64,000 nucleotides of DNA from Alphaproteobacteria bacterium (GTDB lineage: Bacteria > Pseudomonadota > Alphaproteobacteria > RF32 > CAG-239). The notes beneath the pieces are model-generated. The model was given only the letters and a program-made list of their open reading frames with translations, did no database searches and had not been told where the DNA came from. The translations under genes were made by a program, and so were the position numbers. This document shows positions 28,390-37,165 of the stretch, one piece after another (position 1 is the stretch's first letter; each line of letters begins with the position of its first letter). The stretch is taken from contig JAFVBL010000030.1 of assembly GCA_017479985.1 (NCBI GenBank), positions 2,509 to 66,508 on the forward strand, given 5' to 3'.

Positions 28390-30447
28390 ATGCACGGATT
28401 ACACCCTTTGATTGTTGATTTAACCTTAATCACAATTTATGCCGCGATTACAACTTTATTGTTTAAAAAACTTAAACAACCGATGGTTTTAGGTTATTTG
28501 CTCGCCGGTATTTTTGCCGGCCCGTATTTCAATTTTGTACCGACGGTCACGGACAGAGCCAATTTAAGCTTGTGGGCTGATATCGGTGTTATTTTTTTAT
28601 TGTTCAGTCTGGGACTGGAGTTCAGTTTCAAAAAAATGATGGCAGTCGGGAAATCTGCCATTATTACGGCAACACTCAACATTTTTCTGATGCTTTTTGT
28701 CGGCTATTATGTCGGAATGCTCATCGGTTGGACCACAACCGACAGTTTCTTTTTAGGTTCAATGATTTCGATGTCGTCCACCACGATTATTATCAAGGCA
28801 TTCGATGATTTAAACATCAAAAAACAAAAGTTTACCGATTTGGTTTTCGGTGTTTTGGTTATTGAAGATATCGCGGGCATTTTAATGCTGGTTCTGTTGC
28901 CGGCTGTGGCCGCCGGACACGGTATTAACGGCAGCGAAATAGGGTTAAGCATTTTAAAATTGTCGGCTTTTTTGATTTTATGCTTCGTAACCGGCATTTA
29001 TCTTATTCCGACGGCACTGCGCAAACTCAAAGACTTTGTCAATGACGAAATGTTGCTGTTGGTTGCGGTCGCATTATGCCTTTCAATGGTATTTCTTGCG
29101 GTTTACTTCGGATTTTCATCGGCACTCGGTGCATTTATTATGGGCTCGATTTTATCGGAAACAGGTGTTATTGAGCGTGTGGAACACATTATTAAACCGC
29201 TCAAAGACTTTTTCGGTGCGGTTTTCTTCGTAACCGTCGGAATGATGGTCAATCCGCAAATGTTTGTCACTTATGCCTACCCGATTTTTGTAATCACAAT
29301 GCTTGTTTTATGCGGAAAAGTTATATTTTCCACTTCCGGTTTCGTTATTTCCGGTCAAAATTTAAAATCTGCCATATCAGGTGCATTTTCTTTGGCTCAA
29401 GTCGGTGAATTTGCTTTTATTATTGCCACACTCGGTATGAGTTTGGGCGTGATAGACAGCTTTGTATATCCGATTATTGTTGCGGTTTCGGTGATTACGA
29501 CCTTTTTAACACCTATTATGATTAAGTCTGCATCAAAAGCACGAAAACGGCTTGAACATATATTGCCGGAAAAATGGTTGACATTTATCAATCAGAACGC
29601 AAAATCTCATCAAACAGCCTCGGAAGAAGAAAGTTTGTGGATGGATTTATTCAAAATCTCATTTATCCGTGCATTTGTATTTTCTTTTATTTTGGCAGCA
29701 ATTATCGTTGTCGTTAATCTGTGGATTCGTCCGTACATATCTGCTTGGTTGCCTAATTTGGCGGCACGTGCCGTAACAACTCTTATTGCATTGCTTTTAA
29801 TGTCTCCGTTCCTGACCGGATTGGTCGGCCGTAATGTTTTGCCGTCACTGACTGCGGAAAACCTTAAAACTGCATTAGCAAAAGCATCTACCTCACCAAA
29901 ATTAAAAATCGGGCAAAAAGTTTGGTCTTCCGCCGCTTTTGCAAAGATAAAAGAACTATGTGCAAAAATATCCGTACCGGAAAAACTGAAAAGCAGAGAT
30001 ATTTTCGGCTTTATCAAAAAACACCTTCCTACTTCAAAATCTGCCGAAACAGCACCGAAAACGGTCAAAAAACACGTATTTATGATGCCGCAGCATTTAA
30101 AAACGGTGATTCAGGAAAATACGGATACGGTTAAAGACTCGGTGAAAAATATTATATCCAAAGACCGCATTTCCCAAATTTATACGACCCTCTGGTTCGC
30201 AAATAAATCTAACCGTCCGTCATTATTGATTCTGACAAGTTTTCGCCTGCTTATTGTTTCTTTCTTTATTGTAACCGCGGTTCACCAATTTCTGACCGAA
30301 AATCCGAAATTTATCTTTTTAATGCTGCTTGCTTCAATCTGGCTTTTGATGCACTCCAAGTGGTTGTTAAAACAATACATCAAAATAGAAAGCCGATTTT
30401 TGGATAACTTAAACGGTGACAGTATAGACGAAGAAAACAAAGAATAA
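28390..30447 (+). CDS. Cation:proton antiporter (CPA2/Kef-type) with an extra C-terminal membrane region
   Basis: The N-terminal ~390 aa form a Na+/H+ exchanger-like multi-TM domain (LLAGIFAGPY..., GLEFS). The C-terminal ~290 aa hold further TM segments rather than a recognisable KTN/RCK domain. Confidence 0.8.
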   Translation: MHGLHPLIVDLTLITIYAAITTLLFKKLKQPMVLGYLLAGIFAGPYFNFVPTVTDRANLSLWADIGVIFLLFSLGLEFSFKKMMAVGKSAIITATLNIFLMLFVGYYVGMLIGWTTTDSFFLGSMISMSSTTIIIKAFDDLNIKKQKFTDLVFGVLVIEDIAGILMLVLLPAVAAGHGINGSEIGLSILKLSAFLILCFVTGIYLIPTALRKLKDFVNDEMLLLVAVALCLSMVFLAVYFGFSSALGAFIMGSILSETGVIERVEHIIKPLKDFFGAVFFVTVGMMVNPQMFVTYAYPIFVITMLVLCGKVIFSTSGFVISGQNLKSAISGAFSLAQVGEFAFIIATLGMSLGVIDSFVYPIIVAVSVITTFLTPIMIKSASKARKRLEHILPEKWLTFINQNAKSHQTASEEESLWMDLFKISFIRAFVFSFILAAIIVVVNLWIRPYISAWLPNLAARAVTTLIALLLMSPFLTGLVGRNVLPSLTAENLKTALAKASTSPKLKIGQKVWSSAAFAKIKELCAKISVPEKLKSRDIFGFIKKHLPTSKSAETAPKTVKKHVFMMPQHLKTVIQENTDTVKDSVKNIISKDRISQIYTTLWFANKSNRPSLLILTSFRLLIVSFFIVTAVHQFLTENPKFIFLMLLASIWLLMHSKWLLKQYIKIESRFLDNLNGDSIDEENKE

Positions 30448-30452
30448 ATCAT

Positions 30453-30710
30453 CTATCTTTGCCGAACAATCATAAAGAGGATTATTGCCGCAAAAATCAA
30501 CGAAACTGCATTAAAAAATATCATTTGTATTGAATGCAGATAAGCGCCGTAAGCAATCCACAAAATCATACCTATGCAGTATATAACATAACTGCCGAAA
30601 GACAATCCGCTGACATCTTTGGTTTTTATGGTTTGGACTGATTGCGGCAAAAAAAAGACAGCCGTACAAATGCCGGCCAAATACCCGAGAAACTCTCCCC
30701 AAAAATCCAT
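30453..30710 (-). CDS. SemiSWEET / PQ-loop sugar transporter (85 aa, 3 TM)
   Basis: FFLPQSVQTIKTKDVSGLSF PQ-loop motif, with size and 3-TM layout typical of SemiSWEET. Confidence 0.75.
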   Translation of the reverse strand: MDFWGEFLGYLAGICTAVFFLPQSVQTIKTKDVSGLSFGSYVIYCIGMILWIAYGAYLHSIQMIFFNAVSLIFAAIILFMIVRQR

Positions 30711-30722
30711 TGAAACACCTTA

Positions 30723-31421
30723 TTATTTAAATTTAAGAGCTACCTGACAACTGTCTCCTCTGCAAGCACAAGCCTGCAAAGCATCATACAAAACAAGCGG
30801 CGTACGTGAAATAACACCTTCATCGCGGCTCGCCTCAGCTGTTTCATTTTCATTATCTTCAAGAATTTGGAAATTCAAATTTTCAACACCGTTAAACGGA
30901 TGTTTTTTAGAAACATACGATGCCTCCAATCCCATAAAATTAGGAACAATCTTTTTCCAATCCGTTGTTGCCAAACCAACACATTCCTGCGTCTTCAGCT
31001 CGGTAAACATTATTGTATATGCGCCAAGTCCGTTATAATGCGCCGCAAACATTTTACGCTCTCTCGATAAGTATTTAAATTCTTTCCGTTCTTCAACTGT
31101 TTTCGGAGATTCCTTAAAAACCATCTTTCCGCCGAAACGATTTATAATTTCATTACCGTGATCTGTGCTTTTTATCTTCAAATCCATCGGTAAATATCCG
31201 CTGTAGCTGACAAAATCGGTATCGAAATTTTTGTAAATTGTTGTATTATAACGTGTATTAACATTGCGGACAAAAGCAGCTATATCTTTTTGCGTATCAT
31301 AAATATGATTTCTTGTTATTTTCAGATAAACAATATATCCGAACACAAAAACCGCAACAACCGGCAAGATATAAACAAAAATTCGAATAATATCTTTAAC
31401 GATTTCTTTGAACTTTTCCAT
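30723..31421 (-). CDS. Hypothetical membrane-anchored protein, paralog of the pilin-like protein at 14339-15040
   Basis: It shares blocks with 14339-15040: NRFGGKMVFKESP vs HVFGGEVKIEESP, and YTIMFTELKTQECVGLATTDWKKI vs FSITYAGLNKKQCIELAMKNWTKN. It has an N-terminal TM helix but no G/xxxxE cleavage motif. Confidence 0.45.
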   Translation of the reverse strand: MEKFKEIVKDIIRIFVYILPVVAVFVFGYIVYLKITRNHIYDTQKDIAAFVRNVNTRYNTTIYKNFDTDFVSYSGYLPMDLKIKSTDHGNEIINRFGGKMVFKESPKTVEERKEFKYLSRERKMFAAHYNGLGAYTIMFTELKTQECVGLATTDWKKIVPNFMGLEASYVSKKHPFNGVENLNFQILEDNENETAEASRDEGVISRTPLVLYDALQACACRGDSCQVALKFK

Positions 31422-31507
31422 AACAGACCTCACACAAAACATTATCTTTGCTTTATGGTACAATATTTTTTGCTTTTATGCAAGATTTTTATGATTTTTC
31501 AATAAGA

Positions 31508-32215
31508 TTATTTTCGCACATCAAAAATTTCGAATTTGGTATGCAAATACTCAAGTAAGGCGGTATCATTGAAAAACTTATCACAATCACTTTCTTTTGT
31601 TGTTGTATCACTCTGAATCGGACGATATTTCTGAATATAATATTCTTTAACTCCGAGTGCAGAAAGTTCATCGGCTATTTTATAAATATCGGCAATATCC
31701 AGCAATCGCGGATCACAAGTTGTCCGACACTCAAAATGCTTACCGCTTTTAATCAGCATATTGAGGCTTTGTTTTATTTTTTCCACATCACCGATACCGC
31801 CGGTTGCGCGTTTATAGTGTTCGGCATCAAACGGTGCTTTTATATCAAAACCGACCCAAACGACTTTATCCAAAACCTTAGCAAAAGCCTCCGGATTATA
31901 TCCGCCGGTGTGCATTGCCGCCTCAAACCCCATTTCAATAACTTTTTCCATTGCCTGCGGCAAATTACTCTGCATCAACGGCTCACCGCCGGAAAATACC
32001 ACCGCATCTATAATCCCTTTGCGATGTTCCAACAAATGCACCAAATGCGCCCAAGAAGCACCGGATTCACCGTTCGGATTCTGCAAGGATTGATTATAGC
32101 AAAACGGACACCGCCACGGACAGCCCTGCATAAAAACAACAACAGCCATCTTAGAAGGAAAATCGACGATACTGAATTTCTCAATATCGCCGATTCTGAT
32201 TAAATCAGTAACCAT
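31508..32215 (-). CDS. nrdG: Anaerobic ribonucleoside-triphosphate reductase activating protein (radical SAM)
   Basis: CPWRCPFCYN radical-SAM cluster motif, directly downstream of the nrdD pieces. Confidence 0.9.
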   Translation of the reverse strand: MVTDLIRIGDIEKFSIVDFPSKMAVVVFMQGCPWRCPFCYNQSLQNPNGESGASWAHLVHLLEHRKGIIDAVVFSGGEPLMQSNLPQAMEKVIEMGFEAAMHTGGYNPEAFAKVLDKVVWVGFDIKAPFDAEHYKRATGGIGDVEKIKQSLNMLIKSGKHFECRTTCDPRLLDIADIYKIADELSALGVKEYYIQKYRPIQSDTTTKESDCDKFFNDTALLEYLHTKFEIFDVRK

Positions 32216-32225
32216 AAGCCGAAAC

Positions 32226-32444
32226 TTATTCCGCAGCCATTTGGCAACCGCACGGTTCTTCCAAACTCAGATGCATAACCGCTTTTTCTTCTTCAAAACA
32301 TTTACGGGAATAATATTCCGATTTTTTACCTTTGTTAAATTCTGAAACCGGACGATGATATCCCATTACGCGGGTCCACACTTCGCACGGTTGGCGTTCT
32401 GCATCTGTTAAAGCAATGTCTTCAAAATTGATTGTATTTGTCAT
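32226..32444 (-). CDS. Stand-alone glycyl-radical segment of class III RNR (NrdD C-terminal piece, 72 aa)
   Basis: CEVWTRVMGYHRPVSEFNKGKKSEYYSRK matches the NrdD C-terminal glycyl-radical consensus (RVxGY ... N.GK..E...R). It has its own RBS GGGAGA 6 nt before the ATG. Confidence 0.7.
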   Translation of the reverse strand: MTNTINFEDIALTDAERQPCEVWTRVMGYHRPVSEFNKGKKSEYYSRKCFEEEKAVMHLSLEEPCGCQMAAE

Positions 32445-32498
32445 TTATATTCTCCCAAGTGTTTTGTTAAAGTGTTTTTGTATTCTGTTTTAAGCTTT

Positions 32499-34598
32499 TT
32501 AAGCAACGTTACTTGCTTTATAAGCTTTCATTTTTGCCGCCTTCTTTTCTTCGTCGCATTTCGGGCAGAATTTGTGCTCGCCGGCTAAATAACCGTGTTT
32601 CGGACAAATTGAGAAGGTTGGCGTTATAGTAATATATGGCAGACGATAATTGGTCAGAACTTTTTTAATCAGTTCACCGCATACCTTTGCCGAAGAAATT
32701 CTTTGGCTCATATAGAGGTGCAGCACGGTGCCGCCCGTATATTTTGATTGCAATGTTGCCTGCAAATCCAAGGCCTCAAACGGATCGTCGGTATATCCCA
32801 CCGGCAATTGCGATGAATTGGTATAATACGGATTCTCTTCCGTGCCGGCTTGAATAATGCCCGGAAAACGCTTTTTATCTTCACGTGCAAAACGGTATGT
32901 TGCACTCTCGGCCGGCGTAGCTTCCAAATTGTACATATGACCGGTTTCTTCTTGAATCTTAATCAGTTTGGCACGAATGTAATCCAAAAATTTCTCGGCA
33001 AATGCTTTACCCCATTCGTCAGCAATATCGTGTTCGCCGTTTGTATAATTGCAAATCATTTCGTTAATGCCGTTCACCCCTATGGTCGAGAAGTGATTGC
33101 GCAAAGTTCCGAGATAGCGTTTTGTATACGGATATAAGCCGTTATCAATCAAACGCTGAATGGTTTTACGTTTGATTTCCAAAGATGTACGTGCAATATT
33201 CAAAAGCTCATCAATACGTCCGAACAATCCGGCCTCATTGCCTTTATAAACATAACCCAAACGCGCGCAGTTAAATGTTACAACGCCGATGGAACCTGTT
33301 TGCTCGGCCGAACCGAACAAGCCGTTACCTTTTGCCAACAATTCACGCAAATCGAGTTGCAAACGGCAGCACATTGAACGAATCTGCCCCGGTTTCAAAA
33401 CCGAATTGATAAAGTTTTGGAAATAAGGCATACCGTATTTTGCGGTCATCTCAAACAAAAGCTGCGATTTAGGATCGTCCCACGGAAAATCCGGTGTCAT
33501 ATTATAAGTCGGAATCGGGAATGTAAACGGACGATCCATTACGTCGCCTTCCATCATCACTTCGATATAGGCTCGGTTAATCATATCCATTTCTGCTTGC
33601 AAATCACCGTACGTAAACGGCATTTCTTCCTGACCTTCGATAATCGGCATAAAGTTTTCATCGTGACCGGCAATATGACCGCCGATATACGGATGCTGAT
33701 CACGCAAATCTTCCGGACAGACCCAATCAAACGTAAAGTTTGTAAACGGTGTTTGCGAACCCCAACGAGAAGGTACGTTCAAATTATATACCAACTCTTG
33801 CATACATTGTTTAACTTCTTCATACGAAAGATTATCTTTACGAATGTACGGCGCCAAATATGTATCCACTGACGAAAATGCTTGCGCACCGGCCCATTCG
33901 TTTTGCAATGTTCCCATAAAGTTAACCATTTGTCCCGTTGCAGCCGATAAGTGCTTCGGCGGATTCGCTTCCGCTTTGCCGCGAACGCCGTTGAATCCTT
34001 CTTTAAGCAATGTTTTTAAAGACCAACCGGCACAATAAGCGGCAAGCATATCCAAATCGTGAATATGAATATCGCCGTTGCGATGCGCTTCACCGACTTC
34101 TGCCGGATATACGTGACTCAACCAATAGTTTGCCGTCACTTTTCCGGATACGTTCAAAATCAAACCGCCGTTAGAATATCCCTGATTTGCATTTGCATTG
34201 ACACGCCAATCAAGTTTTTCCAAATATTCATTGATAGAGCTTTCTACATCTACCATAACTTTATGGTCGGTACGTGCACGTGTACGTTGATCACGATACA
34301 AAATATATGCCTTTGCCGTTGCCGTATAGTTTGAAGAAATCAAAGCCTGTTCGACAATATCCTGAATTTGCTCGATGCTCGGCACGGATTCGGCAAACTT
34401 ATAATTAGCCACCTTCATTACCTGCGCCGTCAAAAGCCAAGCATCAGCCTCCCCAAACTCACCTGTTGTGGTGCCTGCTTTCAAAATTGCGTTATAAATT
34501 TTACTGCCGTCAAAATCGGCAAGCATTCCGTCACGTTTTGTAACGTGTTTTATATTTGTATGTATATTACTCGTATTCATTTGGTGCACTTCGGCCAT
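32499..34598 (-). CDS. nrdD: Anaerobic ribonucleoside-triphosphate reductase, large piece (ATP-cone + barrel + Zn region, no glycyl-radical motif)
   Basis: N-terminal ATP-cone (VTKRDGMLADFDGSKIYNAI). Typical NrdD core (…CCRLQLDLREL…, …YYTNSSQLPV…). It ends ...TFSICPKHGYLAGEHKFCPKCDEEKK...* without RVxGY. Confidence 0.9.
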   Translation of the reverse strand: MAEVHQMNTSNIHTNIKHVTKRDGMLADFDGSKIYNAILKAGTTTGEFGEADAWLLTAQVMKVANYKFAESVPSIEQIQDIVEQALISSNYTATAKAYILYRDQRTRARTDHKVMVDVESSINEYLEKLDWRVNANANQGYSNGGLILNVSGKVTANYWLSHVYPAEVGEAHRNGDIHIHDLDMLAAYCAGWSLKTLLKEGFNGVRGKAEANPPKHLSAATGQMVNFMGTLQNEWAGAQAFSSVDTYLAPYIRKDNLSYEEVKQCMQELVYNLNVPSRWGSQTPFTNFTFDWVCPEDLRDQHPYIGGHIAGHDENFMPIIEGQEEMPFTYGDLQAEMDMINRAYIEVMMEGDVMDRPFTFPIPTYNMTPDFPWDDPKSQLLFEMTAKYGMPYFQNFINSVLKPGQIRSMCCRLQLDLRELLAKGNGLFGSAEQTGSIGVVTFNCARLGYVYKGNEAGLFGRIDELLNIARTSLEIKRKTIQRLIDNGLYPYTKRYLGTLRNHFSTIGVNGINEMICNYTNGEHDIADEWGKAFAEKFLDYIRAKLIKIQEETGHMYNLEATPAESATYRFAREDKKRFPGIIQAGTEENPYYTNSSQLPVGYTDDPFEALDLQATLQSKYTGGTVLHLYMSQRISSAKVCGELIKKVLTNYRLPYITITPTFSICPKHGYLAGEHKFCPKCDEEKKAAKMKAYKASNVA

Positions 34599-34639
34599 TT
34601 TTTATTCCTTCCCCGTCGTATAATTTAACTTTTGCAAGA

Positions 34640-34685
34640 CTACTATATATAGTTTAATTAAAAGTTAAATAACAATATATTGTAT
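34640..34685 (-). promoter_or_regulatory. Two tandem NrdR-box-like palindromes upstream of nrdD
   Basis: ACTATATATAGT (34642-34653) and ACAATATATTGT (34672-34683), centres 30 bp apart. Both fit the NrdR-box core CwAtATaTwG. They lie 45-85 nt upstream of the nrdD ATG. Confidence 0.6.
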
Positions 34686-35055
34686 GTATTTGGATTTTTT
34701 CGTGCAATATTGCACCGCGTTTTTTTCTTGAATGTGATTTTGCAAAAAATTATTTTACGGCTCAAGAATTTTTTTTTCACAAAATACACGTCAATCACGA
34801 AAACAGTACTTAAGCGATTATATTTTCATTATAATTTTTTTTCATAAAACTTATGCACAGGTGGATAAATTTGTTAACATATAAACATTCGAATAAACTA
34901 TATTTCTTATATGTAATAACATAAGGTTGTGTATAACAAATTGAATATACATTTTTTATATACAAACAAATTATATAAAAAGATGATTCTGTTCTTATTT
35001 TTTACTCAGTAAATTATTTTTTTCTTAAAAATCGATTCTGATAAAAAGAATCCAT

Positions 35056-35091
35056 AAAAAAGAATCCGCGTTTTTTCACGGATTCTTTTTT
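35056..35091 (-). terminator. Intrinsic terminator after the TolC-like gene
   Basis: AGAATCCG / CGGATTCT stem flanked by an A-run and a T-run (AAAAAAGAATCCGCGTTTTTTCACGGATTCTTTTTT), 14 nt past the stop. Confidence 0.7.
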
Positions 35092-35104
35092 ATAGGAGGT
35101 ATTT

Positions 35105-37048
35105 TTAATAATTCGGAACGGACGGCATCAGAACCTGAACATCATCCAATACTTGGTCCGTACATTGATTGCCGTGGCATTTTTTCATCACCGTTGCTCT
35201 GCGCCCTCTATCCAAACCGCGGACATTCATTGACGGAACATACGATTCGGTAATTGTCAGATTGAAAGTTATATAAGCAATGTTATTTTCTTCATCCATT
35301 GCATATACCTTAATCGGATAAATCCCGCCGTCTCCCGGCATTGCCAAACCCGTAAACGTTTGTGCGGCATTATCGTACTTCAACCATTTCGGTAAGGCCA
35401 TATTATCTTGCAATGTTGCCTTGGTCTGTATTTTTGTATCTGCACTCCACCCCATTTTTTGGAAAACGGAAGAAGGAACGTTTATATTGATACGTTCGCC
35501 GACACTGTATTTGACATTCGGCAAAACAGCGTTATCAAGCATAACCTCCACCGGCGGACGATGTGTCGGAATATCCACATCGGCAATATTCTTATCTTTC
35601 ACAAAATCACCTTCACGCCACTTTTCCATAGCATCACGCAATGCAACGGCAATTGTTGACGGCATTTCATTCACAATATTCGCCGGCACCGGATCCATAC
35701 CGATTGTTGCATATAAAGCACCGAGAGAATCCTGTAAATCAACATAAGCTAATGATGCCTTTATCTCGTCGGACAAAGCACGCGAAGCCTCAAGCAAACT
35801 TTTTTCGGCGTGACTTCCGTTGGCAGATGTAATATCTTCGGCAATATTTTCTGATGTACCGGCGATTTCCATCGCAATCTGAAAATCTTCCATTGAAGAC
35901 ATATAACGCGCCCAACCGATGTAAACCTGATTCAAAATAAGCGATGTCATACGCTGACGACTCAGTTCTTCCAAAGTGCCGCCGCTTAAAGGTTGATTGT
36001 TTTCATAAACGGAAATTGTTACTTCTTTGGCTTCATTGCACCATTGTTTATTATACGCATTCGGATCGCTTGCATAATTGATTCCCTGATTGTCACGGAA
36101 GTTATCGATAATAAAACTCAAATTATCTCCCGAAAGCAGATAATCGTGAACTTTCATTTCCGGACGATTGGTTAAAGCAAGCCATTCCAACTTTGCCAAA
36201 TCCGATTTAATTTCCGGCAGTGCAAAATTGCCGTATTCCTTGCCGGCAAGCACAAATTGTGTTTGCGGATGCAACCCCATCAAAGAAGCCAAACGCTCGT
36301 GTGCAGTTTCTAAATCACGCTTTAAGGCAGAAAGTTTTTTAACCGCTTCCATATATTTACGTTTACGCACAAGCTCTTCCGTCTCCGGATTTTTGCCTTC
36401 CACAGCCAATTCTTTAGCTTTGGCATTCATTTCATCGACATCAAGTGTAATATGTTCGATAGTATCGTCAATAGCAGGCAACAATCTTTGCGCGGTCAAA
36501 GCCTTCCAATACAAAACACGCGCTTCCTGCAAAATATTTTGCGCAACTTTACGGCTTTCTTCAGACGAAATACCTTGCTGCAAGGACGGATCGGTATTCA
36601 TCATATATACCGTTGACATATCCAAAATATTCCAAGCAACTTTCAAGTCCGGACTGGTATCCGAATAATTTGTGTTGATATATCCGGCATTTGAAACAAT
36701 TTCCGGTAATGCCGAATAACCGCCCTGTCCGGCTTTAATCAAATTTTCCTGATAACGTACAAGACGTGCGGTATAGTTATATTTAAGCGCAAGAGCCATC
36801 ACCATATACATATCAAGCGGCTTATCGAATTTTGTCGGCGTTTTCGCATACATATTCTGCATATCGGAATCATATCGAATGGTACTGTTCCAATCGGCAG
36901 CATACGCCGGATTTGGATTTGCGGCACCGTTCGCATCTTGGTATTGCTGAATATATTGAGCTTGCTGTTCCTGATAATATTTATGCGTATTCCGAGCGCA
37001 TGAAACAACGCTCAAAATGCAAATCATCAAACATAGCAACTTTTTCAT
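35105..37048 (-). CDS. TolC-family outer-membrane lipoprotein with a C-terminal Ig-like (dystroglycan/cadherin-type) domain
   Basis: Lipobox MKKLLCLMICILSVVSC followed by ~450 aa of OEP/TolC-like repeat helices. The C-terminal ~150 aa carry LPKWLKYDNAAQTFTGLAMPGDGGIYPIKVYAMDEENNIAYITFNLTI, a putative-Ig/He_PIG-type signature. Confidence 0.65.
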   Translation of the reverse strand: MKKLLCLMICILSVVSCARNTHKYYQEQQAQYIQQYQDANGAANPNPAYAADWNSTIRYDSDMQNMYAKTPTKFDKPLDMYMVMALALKYNYTARLVRYQENLIKAGQGGYSALPEIVSNAGYINTNYSDTSPDLKVAWNILDMSTVYMMNTDPSLQQGISSEESRKVAQNILQEARVLYWKALTAQRLLPAIDDTIEHITLDVDEMNAKAKELAVEGKNPETEELVRKRKYMEAVKKLSALKRDLETAHERLASLMGLHPQTQFVLAGKEYGNFALPEIKSDLAKLEWLALTNRPEMKVHDYLLSGDNLSFIIDNFRDNQGINYASDPNAYNKQWCNEAKEVTISVYENNQPLSGGTLEELSRQRMTSLILNQVYIGWARYMSSMEDFQIAMEIAGTSENIAEDITSANGSHAEKSLLEASRALSDEIKASLAYVDLQDSLGALYATIGMDPVPANIVNEMPSTIAVALRDAMEKWREGDFVKDKNIADVDIPTHRPPVEVMLDNAVLPNVKYSVGERININVPSSVFQKMGWSADTKIQTKATLQDNMALPKWLKYDNAAQTFTGLAMPGDGGIYPIKVYAMDEENNIAYITFNLTITESYVPSMNVRGLDRGRRATVMKKCHGNQCTDQVLDDVQVLMPSVPNY

Positions 37049-37165
37049 TTTCAATCCTTTACTTATAAAATATCTGTGGCTATAATAATCGTTAAAAATT
37101 AACATTTTATTACACTTTTTCTTTTAATATACATTATAAGTGTAAAATTGAGGTTAAAATTTAAA

